Part shown: in pieces, positions 10,107 to 18,130 of the stretch
Layout of the letters: each line of letters starts with the position of its first letter
Numbering within the stretch: the first letter of the stretch is position 1
Assembly: GCA_028283765.1 (NCBI GenBank)
Contig: JAPWJY010000001.1
Location: 2,357 to 66,356 of the forward strand
Length of the DNA: 64,000 nt
Direction of reading: 5' to 3'
DNA from: Parvibaculaceae bacterium
GTDB taxonomy: Bacteria; Pseudomonadota; Alphaproteobacteria; Parvibaculales; Parvibaculaceae
Program-made: the position numbers and the translations under genes
The notes under the pieces: generated by a model
Databases searched by the model: none
Told to the model about the DNA's origin: nothing
Seen by the model: the letters and a program-made list of their open reading frames with translations, nothing else

Positions 10107-10916
10107 TCAGCTTTTCAGCCTGTAACCGGAACGAAACACCCGGTCGCAGGCGAACCAGAGCACGATATTGACACCGATGATGACCAGAATGCCGGTTTCG
10201 AGCGAACCGTCCGCATGGTCCGTGAACGCATAGCGGAAGCCGTCGATCATGTAGAAAAACGGGTTGTAATGGATCAGGCGGTAGGCGAAGGGGGGAAGCT
10301 GCGTTACCGAATAGAAGGTGCCCGACAGGAAGGCGAGCGGCGTCACGATGAAGTTGGTGACGGCCTGAAGATGATCGAACTTCTCCGACCAGATGCCCGC
10401 GAGCGTCCCCGCCAGCGAGAGCATCAGCGAGGCCCCGATCGCATAGAAGACCAGCGCCCAGACATGAACGATGGAAAAGCCGACGAACGGCCACATGCCG
10501 AGCGCCGTGACCACGCCGACCACGACGCCGCGCGTGACGCCTGCCAGATTGATGCCCGTGTTCAGCTCGCCCGGCGAAAGCGGCGGCATCAATATGTCGA
10601 CGATATTGCCCTGAATCTTGGAAATCAGCAGCGAGGACGAGGTGTTGGCGAAGGCGTTCTGGATCATGGTCATCATGATCAGTCCCGGCGCCAGAAACTC
10701 GACGAACGGCACGCCATGGACGGCGGGACGAAGCTGCCCCAGCGACAGGAAGAAGACCGCGAGATAGAGCAGCGTGTTGATGACAGGGGCGGTGACGGTC
10801 TGGGTGATCACCTTCACGAAACGGCGGACTTCTTTCAGATAGAGCGTCCAGGTGCCGAGCCAGTTGACGGCGCCAAACCGGGAGTTACCCGCCGGGGGGA
10901 AGGGAAGTGCGGTCAA
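10107..10916 (-). CDS. ABC-2 type transporter permease (YadH-like)
   Basis: 269 aa with six predicted TM segments and an N-terminal NWLGTWTLYLKEVRRF motif typical of ABC-2 permeases. TTG start. No ATPase gene adjacent. Confidence 0.8.
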   Translation of the reverse strand: MTALPFPPAGNSRFGAVNWLGTWTLYLKEVRRFVKVITQTVTAPVINTLLYLAVFFLSLGQLRPAVHGVPFVEFLAPGLIMMTMIQNAFANTSSSLLISKIQGNIVDILMPPLSPGELNTGINLAGVTRGVVVGVVTALGMWPFVGFSIVHVWALVFYAIGASLMLSLAGTLAGIWSEKFDHLQAVTNFIVTPLAFLSGTFYSVTQLPPFAYRLIHYNPFFYMIDGFRYAFTDHADGSLETGILVIIGVNIVLWFACDRVFRSGYRLKS

Positions 10917-11057
10917 GACTGTTCCTTTCGGTCGCCTGGCGGTCCATGCCGTCCGGCGGATCGGACGGCGGGAAGCCGTACCTGGGAGGTGATTTAGGTG
11001 TCACACCCTAATTGCGCAATATGACGGCCTGCAATCAGCTTTCAAATCACCATTTCC

Positions 11058-11066
11058 TGTGGATAA
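11058..11066 (-). promoter_or_regulatory. consensus DnaA box (TTATCCACA) upstream of gcrA
   Basis: Plus strand reads TGTGGATAA, the exact reverse complement of the DnaA box consensus. It lies 231 nt upstream of the gcrA start. A GANTC site (GATTC, 11082-11086) is 16 nt away. Confidence 0.5.
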
Positions 11067-11296
11067 GCCCCATGCCGACATGATTCAGTCATTGTCCGCA
11101 CAGGGGCTTATATTGTAGACTGGCTCCAATATCATACGAGATGTTGTGGTCTGGGTTCTGGCTCAGGATGCTTACCTGTACCGGCCCGTGTCTGTAAAGC
11201 CGACGTTAAGTACACGACAGCCATCAGGGCGTCATGGGGGCACCCGCCGAATTTCCGGCGCCGTCACCGAGGGGACGCGCAAGCGAGGTAGACCAT

Positions 11297-11836
11297 ATGT
11301 GGACCGATGAACGGGTTGAACTGCTGAAGAAACTCTGGGCCGACGGTCTGAGCGCCAGCCAGGTCGCCAAGCAGCTTGGAGGCGTCACGCGCAATGCGGT
11401 CATCGGCAAGGTGCACCGTCTTGGCCTTTCCGGCCGGGTCACGCCGAACCGTCCCGCCCGGGTCCGCCCCGCCACACAGGAACGAGCCCCTTCCCGCCCG
11501 CGCATGACGAACGAAGCCGCGACCGTGCGGACGGCCCCCGCGAAGGAAGCGCCCGCCCATATGCAGGCCGCTGCCGAAGCAAAGGCCGTGGAGGCTTTCG
11601 AGCCGGAGCGCCGGGAACTGGCCACCGTCCTGACCCTGACCGAGCGAACCTGCAAATGGCCCATCGGTGACCCGGGTTCGCCGGAGTTTCATTTCTGCGG
11701 CAAACGACGCGACTCCGGTTCGCCCTATTGCACCGACCACGCCAAGATCGCCTATCAGCCGGTCCAGCCGCGCCGCAACAGGGATCGTGACCGCGAACGG
11801 GAACGCAACCGCCGTGACAGTGGCTTTTCCCTCTGA
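11297..11836 (+). CDS. gcrA: GcrA cell-cycle regulator
   Basis: MWTDERVELLKKLWADGLSASQVAKQLGGVTRNAVIGKVHRLGL N-terminus and C-terminal CKWPIGDP...FCG...YCTDHAKIAY are the hallmark GcrA domains. The track ORF starts earlier, at 11234. Confidence 0.9.
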   Translation: MWTDERVELLKKLWADGLSASQVAKQLGGVTRNAVIGKVHRLGLSGRVTPNRPARVRPATQERAPSRPRMTNEAATVRTAPAKEAPAHMQAAAEAKAVEAFEPERRELATVLTLTERTCKWPIGDPGSPEFHFCGKRRDSGSPYCTDHAKIAYQPVQPRRNRDRDRERERNRRDSGFSL

Positions 11837-11883
11837 AATCCCCGGCCCGGCATTTCCAGCGCTGGCCTGGCACTGAAAACGAC

Positions 11884-11916
11884 AAACCCCGGAAGCAGCA
11901 ATGCTTCCGGGGTTTT
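11884..11916. terminator. bidirectional intrinsic terminator between gcrA and phoB
   Basis: AAA-CCCCGGAAGC-agcaat-GCTTCCGGGG-TTTT. A 10-bp GC-rich stem flanked by A and T runs, sitting between convergent genes. Confidence 0.7.
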
Positions 11917-11950
11917 CATGTTCGATCAGCGTTTGTCAGTCAGCGATCCG

Positions 11951-12646
11951 TCAGGCGCGGAACTGCTCGTCGAGCGAGTAACCGGCGGACCGGACGGTGC
12001 GAATCGGATCGCGCTCCCCGTCCTCGTTGAGCGCCTTGCGCAATCGACCGACATGGACGTCGACGGTGCGGGCCTCGACATAGACGTCCGAGCCCCAGAC
12101 GGCATCGAGCAGCTGCTCCCGGCTGAAGACGCGGCCCGGATGCTGGATCAGGTGATCGAGCAGCCGGTATTCGGTCGGGCCCAGATGCACCTCCCGGGGG
12201 CCACGGCGGACCCTGTGGGCGGCACGGTCGATCAGCAAATCCCCGAAGGTGACCAGATCCTCCGTCAGCGCCGGGCGGATGCGCCGCATGACGGCGCGCA
12301 CCCGCGCCAGCAGTTCCGTCATCGAAAAAGGCTTGCTGATATAGTCGTCAGCACCCGTATCGAGACCCCGGATACGGTCCGCCTCCTCGCCCCGCGCCGT
12401 CACCATGATGACAGGCAGATTACGGGTTTCGGGGCGGCCGCGCAGACGCCGGCAAAGCTCGATGCCCGAAAGGCCGGGCAACATCCAGTCCAGAAGGACG
12501 AGGTCCGGGGAGATTTCGCGCAGCATCATGGCCGCTTCTTCTCCATCGGAAATCGCGACTATATTATAGCCTTCCTTCTCCAGATTGTACTGCAACAGGG
12601 TGGAGAGGGAGTCATCGTCCTCCACGATCATCACAGTGGGCTTCAT
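11951..12646 (-). CDS. phoB: phosphate regulon response regulator PhoB
   Basis: OmpR-family receiver (MIVEDDDSL...LLDWMLPGLSGIE) plus a winged-helix domain (LGPTEYRLLDHL...RTVDVHVGRLRKAL). Directly follows phoU. Start at MKPTV. Confidence 0.93.
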   Translation of the reverse strand: MKPTVMIVEDDDSLSTLLQYNLEKEGYNIVAISDGEEAAMMLREISPDLVLLDWMLPGLSGIELCRRLRGRPETRNLPVIMVTARGEEADRIRGLDTGADDYISKPFSMTELLARVRAVMRRIRPALTEDLVTFGDLLIDRAAHRVRRGPREVHLGPTEYRLLDHLIQHPGRVFSREQLLDAVWGSDVYVEARTVDVHVGRLRKALNEDGERDPIRTVRSAGYSLDEQFRA

Positions 12647-12715
12647 ACGGCGTTCATAGGGTGCGGCGGTGGGCTCGCGATCGATTTTTATTGTCATTGT
12701 TCTGCTTTTCCTCGG

Positions 12716-13426
12716 CTACGAGGAGACAACCTGTCCGACGATGTTGTCCCCTTTGGGCCTGTCGTCCATAAGACGTTCGCCTGTGATGAGGTAGTAAGCG
12801 GCTTCGGCAACATTTGTGGCGTGGTCGCCGGTTCGTTCGAGGTTCTTGGCGATGAACAAAAGGTGGGTGCACGCACTGATCATCCGCGGGTCTTCCATCA
12901 TGTAGGTCAGAAGTTCGCGGAACACCGAATTGTACATTGCGTCGAGTTCTTCATCCCCACGCCAGACATCGAGGCTGGCCTGGGCATCGCGGCTCGAGTA
13001 GGCGTCGAGCACCGATTTCAACTGCGACTGGGCAATACGCCCCATCCGCAGAATCCCCTGCACCAGCCGGTTGGGCAGTTCATAATCGTGCTGAATGATC
13101 AGCACGCGCTTGGCGATGTTTTTCGCCAGATCGCCGATGCGTTCGAGATCTGTCGAAATCTTGATCGCGGCCACAGCCTCGCGAAGGTCGATCGCCATGG
13201 GCTGGCGAAGCGCCAGCAGGCGCACGGCCCGCAGGTCGATGTCCTGCTCCATGGCATCTATGCGACGGTCTTCGGCAACCGTCTTTTCCGCGAGGGCGGA
13301 ATCACGATGCGCCACAGCTTCCAGAGAGGCCTGCAACTGCGCCTCGGCGAGGCCGCCCATCTGGGCAATCCCCGTCGAGAGCGCCTCAAGCTCTCCCTCG
13401 AAAGATTTTACGATATGTTCCGCCAC
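12716..13426 (-). CDS. phoU: phosphate signalling complex protein PhoU
   Basis: Two PhoU repeats (DLERIGDLAKNIA and NLERTGDHATNVAE). GTG start at 13426 preceded by AGGAGG. The track ORF extends to 13504. Confidence 0.9.
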   Translation of the reverse strand: MAEHIVKSFEGELEALSTGIAQMGGLAEAQLQASLEAVAHRDSALAEKTVAEDRRIDAMEQDIDLRAVRLLALRQPMAIDLREAVAAIKISTDLERIGDLAKNIAKRVLIIQHDYELPNRLVQGILRMGRIAQSQLKSVLDAYSSRDAQASLDVWRGDEELDAMYNSVFRELLTYMMEDPRMISACTHLLFIAKNLERTGDHATNVAEAAYYLITGERLMDDRPKGDNIVGQVVSS

Positions 13427-13798
13427 TTTGGTCCTCCTGTTATCCCCGCTGGGAAATAGGCTGAATGTTGGAAATGACGAGAGATCACTGCCAACCGCAA
13501 GCATTCAATTTCTGCGCGGCACCTGACTGGCGAAACATCCAAAGCCGATATCGCGAACCACCGCAGGCAAACTTGCCGGTATCCGCGACCTCGACAGGAT
13601 CAATCGAGCCGATGCAGCCGTCCACGCCGATAAGTACCGGTTTGACGGCAATCACACGAATGAGCGCACGATCGTCACACCCTTGTTCCGGCACGCGCGG
13701 CAGATCAGGCATCAGGGCCGCCTCCATCATAAGCCGTCAGGACCGGAACAACGTCCCCGCCCCGTCAGAGCTTTACGACAAGATAATAACGGTTTCAT

Positions 13799-13822
13799 GA
13801 CGCAACCCACAGAGATTGCGTC
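13799..13822 (-). terminator. hairpin just downstream of the phoR stop (possible terminator, weak T tract)
   Basis: GACGCAA-cccacagaga-TTGCGTC, a perfect 7-bp stem 20 nt after the phoR stop. Followed on the minus strand by ATGAAACCGTTATTATCTT, which is only moderately T-rich. Confidence 0.4.
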
Positions 13823-13841
13823 CTATGCACCGGCCGGGGGG

Positions 13842-15245
13842 TTAAATCTGCGCAGCAGGCTCCGGAAGTGGCGCGGGGGCCCCGGTTTCAGGCGGTTCCA
13901 CCCCTTCCAGCAGGGGCAGCAGCACACTGAAGGTCGTTCCCTTGCCCGGCGTGCTTTCAATGCCGAGCACGCCTTCGTGCCGGTTGACGATATGCTTGAC
14001 GATGGCAAGCCCCAGCCCCGTGCCGCCGCTTGCCCGGCTCAATGTCGGATCGGCGCGGTAGAAGCGCTCGGTCAGGCGCGGCAGGTGCTCAGGGGCAATG
14101 CCGGGACCGTAATCCCGCACGGACAGCCGGATCATGGGCCGTGCGCCCTTCATGGCGGAGGCCAGCGAAATTTCGACCCGCTTGCCGCTGCGGCCATAAC
14201 GCAGCGCATTATCGACAAGGTTCTGGATCACCTGCGCCAGTTCGTCATGCTCGCCCCGCACGATGGCGTGGCCGTTTTCGAGGGCAGCGGGCAGAATTTC
14301 GATCTCCATGCCGCCTGACGCGGCAATGGGTTCAAGCGCCGCCGCGCAATCAAGAACGAGTTTCGCCAGATCCACCGTGCCAACCGGCCTGACATGCTCC
14401 TTCAGTTCGATGCGCGAGAGCGACAGCAAATCCTCGATCAGCCGGCGCATCCGCCCGGCCTGATCGGCCATGATCTTCAGGAAACGCGCCTGCGCGTCGG
14501 GATCGTCCTTGGCGTGGCCGCGCAGCGTATCGATGAAGCCGGACAGGGAGGCGAGCGGGGTCTTCAGCTCATGGCTGGCGTTGGCGACGAAATCAACCCG
14601 CATCGCCTCCAGCCGCCGTGCATCCGTCTGGTCGTGCAGGCGCACAAGCACCGGGCGGCCGGAAGCGGCCGGGCGGTCCGTGTTCGCCCCCTCGTCCGCT
14701 TTTGCCGGAAGAGAGAGCGACGTGACATAGACGTGAAATTCCCGTTCGACGGGCCCCGGCTGCCGGTAATCGATCTCGCGTTCCTCGCCGGTGCGCCAGA
14801 CCTCGTCGATAGCGGCAATAAGGGGTGCGCTGCGCAACACCGCCGCGAGCGGCTTGCCGACCGCATCACGGCCCAGCAGGGGGATGGCGGCCTCATTGCG
14901 CATGACGAGGCGTCCGCCCGCGCCGATCACGAAAATCGGATCGGGCAGTTCATCGAGAATCTCCGCCGCCGCGCCCTCCCGCAAGGGCCGCGCATCGACC
15001 GGCGCAATGTCCATATGCCGGCCATAAGCCTGAACCGGGCCATGGAACAGCGGATAGATCAGGCTCGCCGCCACGATGACCGCAAAACCCGCCATGGCCG
15101 GCCGCCAGTCCAGATCGCCGCGCAGCGCCAGCCAGCCAAGAACGACAGCGCTCGCCAGAAGAGCCGTGCGGCTGCCGGAAGGCAAAGACCAGCGTGCCCG
15201 CCTGGCGGCGCCCTGCGTATCAGTCTCCTGCTCCGTCACCTTCAC
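13842..15245 (-). CDS. phoR: phosphate regulon sensor histidine kinase PhoR
   Basis: N-terminal TM pair and a PAS-like segment. H-box DFVANASHELKTPLASLSGFIDTLRGHAKDD is typical of alphaproteobacterial PhoR. HATPase motifs NLVDNALRYG and GTGLGLAIVKH. GTG start. Confidence 0.85.
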   Translation of the reverse strand: MKVTEQETDTQGAARRARWSLPSGSRTALLASAVVLGWLALRGDLDWRPAMAGFAVIVAASLIYPLFHGPVQAYGRHMDIAPVDARPLREGAAAEILDELPDPIFVIGAGGRLVMRNEAAIPLLGRDAVGKPLAAVLRSAPLIAAIDEVWRTGEEREIDYRQPGPVEREFHVYVTSLSLPAKADEGANTDRPAASGRPVLVRLHDQTDARRLEAMRVDFVANASHELKTPLASLSGFIDTLRGHAKDDPDAQARFLKIMADQAGRMRRLIEDLLSLSRIELKEHVRPVGTVDLAKLVLDCAAALEPIAASGGMEIEILPAALENGHAIVRGEHDELAQVIQNLVDNALRYGRSGKRVEISLASAMKGARPMIRLSVRDYGPGIAPEHLPRLTERFYRADPTLSRASGGTGLGLAIVKHIVNRHEGVLGIESTPGKGTTFSVLLPLLEGVEPPETGAPAPLPEPAAQI

Positions 15246-15507
15246 TCACATTTCTCCCAGCCATCCGGCCGGCATTCCTATCACCCGGCAAAGACCAGCG
15301 ACATGACGTTTCCATGAAGTTGGAGCCAGTATGTGTCAATTTCAGCACGCATTCCGCCTCCATAAATCCGATGGTCCGCTCCACTTCCCGGCCCGTATTG
15401 AGTTCAGAGTCTCAATCTTGACATAATGCAGGACAGAAGCTTGCGATAGCAGAGTCCCGGTAAATGGGATCACAAGTGGAAACAATGGCAGGGTGGTTTT
15501 GAGATAA

Positions 15508-16365
15508 ATGACCGATTTCCCCGGAAAAATCGTCGTCATCACCGGCGCGGCGAGCGGTCTTGGCCGCGCTCTGGCGGTTGAGCTTGCCGCGCGCGGCGCC
15601 CATATCGCCGCCGCCGATCTCGACCGGCAAGGCCTTGCCGAAACAGCCCGCCGGATACAGGAATCCGGGGGCAGCGTGGCCACCTATCTCCTCGATGTCG
15701 CCGACTCCAATGCCGTCCATGCTTTCGCCCAGGAAATCGAGGCCGCTCATGGCGGGGCCGACATCGTCATCAACAATGCCGGGGTGGCCCAGATCGCCCG
15801 GGTCGAGGATCTGAGCTATGAGGATCTCGAATGGGTCATGAAGGTCAATTTCTGGGGCATGGTTTATGGCACCAAGGCCTTTCTGCCCCAGCTCCGCGCA
15901 AGGCCCTCAGGCCATATCGTCAACATATCGAGCATTTTCGGCCTGATCGCTGTCCCCCATCAGGCCGCCTACAATGCCGCCAAATTCGCCATCCGGGGCT
16001 TCACTGAAGCCCTGCGCCATGAAATGCAGGGCAGCTCCATCAAGGTGTCATGTGTCCATCCGGGCGGCATCCGGACCAATATCGTGCGCAACGCCCGGTT
16101 TCTGCAAAGCACGCAGGCCACGGTGCGCGAGGAGGCCGCCGACGGGTTCGACCGCATCGCCTTCACCAGCCCGGAAGCGGCGGCCCGGACCATCATCAGG
16201 GGGATCGCCCGCAACAGGGCGCGGATTCTGGTGGGGCCCGACGCCCGCATCATCGACTGGATTCAACGCCTGCTGCCCGTGAGCTATGGCCGCCTGCTGT
16301 TCCGCGGCCTCCCTCGTGACCGTCTGGGGGGCGAGGAAATGCTGGCCCGCCTTGCCAAAAAATAG
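15508..16365 (+). CDS. SDR family oxidoreductase
   Basis: Cofactor motif VVITGAASGLGRA, NNAG, and catalytic YNAAK. Confidence 0.85.
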   Translation: MTDFPGKIVVITGAASGLGRALAVELAARGAHIAAADLDRQGLAETARRIQESGGSVATYLLDVADSNAVHAFAQEIEAAHGGADIVINNAGVAQIARVEDLSYEDLEWVMKVNFWGMVYGTKAFLPQLRARPSGHIVNISSIFGLIAVPHQAAYNAAKFAIRGFTEALRHEMQGSSIKVSCVHPGGIRTNIVRNARFLQSTQATVREEAADGFDRIAFTSPEAAARTIIRGIARNRARILVGPDARIIDWIQRLLPVSYGRLLFRGLPRDRLGGEEMLARLAKK

Positions 16366-16436
16366 CCCGCCACCCCCGCCAATTTCCTGTCCGGCTGGTA
16401 TAAAGTTCCCGCCCAGGCCACGAGAGGGACTTCACC

Positions 16437-17315
16437 ATGCACGATCAGATCGGCCCCGCTTCCCATATCTATTTTTCCCAGCGTCTGAGGCTCCACTATG
16501 TGGACTGGGGCAATGAGGACAAGCCGCCGCTGTTGCTCGTGCATGGCGGGCGCGACCATTGCCGGAACTGGGACTGGGTGGCGCAGGAGCTTCGGCGCGA
16601 CTATCACATTATCGCCCCCGACCTGCGCGGCCATGGCGACAGCCAATGGATGGTGGGCGGCACCTATGAAATCAACGACTACATCTATGACATCGCCCAG
16701 CTGATCCACCAGAAGGGACTCGCACCCGTCACCATCATCGCCCATTCCATGGGCGGAGCCATCTCGCTGCGCTATACGGGCCTTTATCCTGAAACCGTGA
16801 AAAAGCTGGTGGTGATCGAGGGCCTCGGTCCCTCACCGAAGTTGCTTGAAGAGGTCAAGGCGACCGCCGCCGACCAGCGGATCCGCAACTGGATCGATGA
16901 ATTGCGCGGCATGTCCGGCCGCCTGCCCCGCCGCTACGCCTCCATCGAGGATGCATGGAAGCGGATGCAGGACGAAAACAAGCGCCTGACGCCGGAACAG
17001 GCCCGGCACCTGACCATCCACGGCATCAACCAGAACGAGGATGGCAGCTATAGCTGGAAATTCGACAATTACGTGCGCGCCTTCTCGCCCCAGGGCTTCA
17101 ACGAGAAGACCTCGCTGCTGCTATGGGGCCAGATCACCTGCCCGACGCTCCTGATCCGGGGCACGGAAAGCTGGGCGAGCGACCCGGACGCCGACGGCCG
17201 TGCCAAATATTTCCGCAATGCCCGCACCGTGAACATCGAGGGCGCCGGCCATTGGGTCCACCATGACAAGCTGGGCGAATTTCTGGCCCTGACACGGGGT
17301 TTTCTGGACCAGTGA
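16437..17315 (+). CDS. alpha/beta hydrolase
   Basis: LLLVHGGRDH, nucleophile elbow AHSMGG, and C-terminal GAGHWVHHD. Confidence 0.85.
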   Translation: MHDQIGPASHIYFSQRLRLHYVDWGNEDKPPLLLVHGGRDHCRNWDWVAQELRRDYHIIAPDLRGHGDSQWMVGGTYEINDYIYDIAQLIHQKGLAPVTIIAHSMGGAISLRYTGLYPETVKKLVVIEGLGPSPKLLEEVKATAADQRIRNWIDELRGMSGRLPRRYASIEDAWKRMQDENKRLTPEQARHLTIHGINQNEDGSYSWKFDNYVRAFSPQGFNEKTSLLLWGQITCPTLLIRGTESWASDPDADGRAKYFRNARTVNIEGAGHWVHHDKLGEFLALTRGFLDQ

Positions 17316-17319
17316 GACT

Positions 17320-18060
17320 TCAGGATGACGACGCCGCTCCGGTTTTCACCTGAAAGGCACTTGTCGTACTGTCACTGGTTTGCTGTGCAACCTTGAGGGA
17401 CAGCAGGGTATCGGACGAAACAGGCGCAGTCAGAAAACCGACCGACGCATCAATGAGATTATCCAGAAAAAGCATACGTCCGGCATGATCGTCCACCGGA
17501 CGCCGTCGGCTCCAGCTTGCCAGCGCCAGAACCAGCATCTCGATGAGCAGACGGCGGCGCAATCTGGAAATCTCCAGCGGCAACGCCTCAAGTGTGCGAT
17601 CGAGCATGCTGCCAATGCGGCGGATTCCATCATATTGGGAATCAAACGCAATCGCGGCCATATCGACCTCGGGGTCACCCACGGCCTGCGCGAGAAAGCG
17701 GACAAACCGCGCACCCTCCTCGCTCCCCAGCAATCCCGCCAGTGGCTCTATAGCCGCCCAGATGATTTCGCGAGGCTCGTCCTGCCGTCCTTCGCGTTCG
17801 AGTTGATCGACCAGCACGACGCGGCGCTTGTCGATGACCGCCACCCGCGCCCGCAATATCGCCTCCACCAGTTTCGGCTTGCCGCCGAAATGATAATGTA
17901 AGGCAGATTCGTTTTTCTGGCCCGCCTCCTTCGTGATCTCCTTGAGGGTCACGCCATTAAGGCCATGCTCGCCAAAGAGCTTCTCGGCAGCCGCGACAAG
18001 CCGAATCCTCGTGTCCATTGACCGGCTGTTCGGGCGCCGAATCCCCTCATCATTTTCCAT
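17320..18060 (-). CDS. TetR/AcrR family transcriptional regulator
   Basis: N-terminal HTH RLVAAAEKLFGEHGLNGVTLKEITKEAGQKNESALHYHFG. Start may be the internal MDTRIR (18018). Confidence 0.8.
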   Translation of the reverse strand: MENDEGIRRPNSRSMDTRIRLVAAAEKLFGEHGLNGVTLKEITKEAGQKNESALHYHFGGKPKLVEAILRARVAVIDKRRVVLVDQLEREGRQDEPREIIWAAIEPLAGLLGSEEGARFVRFLAQAVGDPEVDMAAIAFDSQYDGIRRIGSMLDRTLEALPLEISRLRRRLLIEMLVLALASWSRRRPVDDHAGRMLFLDNLIDASVGFLTAPVSSDTLLSLKVAQQTSDSTTSAFQVKTGAASSS

Positions 18061-18130
18061 TAAGCGGATGCTTGATGCAGCGCATTAACTTGTCAACCCT
18101 TACCTTCCTCTCTGTCTCACCTCACTTGCC

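Noticed and set aside
13427-13500. Possible Pho box upstream of phoU
   Set aside because: Only a weak resemblance (CTCGTCATTTCCAACATTCA on the minus strand) to the CTGTCAT-N4-CTGTCAT consensus. Not convincing without a matrix scan.
13485-13730. 81-aa ORF (and a 23-aa ORF overlapping its start) in the phoR-phoU gap
   Set aside because: No Shine-Dalgarno sequence. GC3 is only about 63% by hand count, below neighbouring genes. No family recognised and no resemblance to Pst proteins by eye. Left uncalled but flagged in the pst-gap finding.
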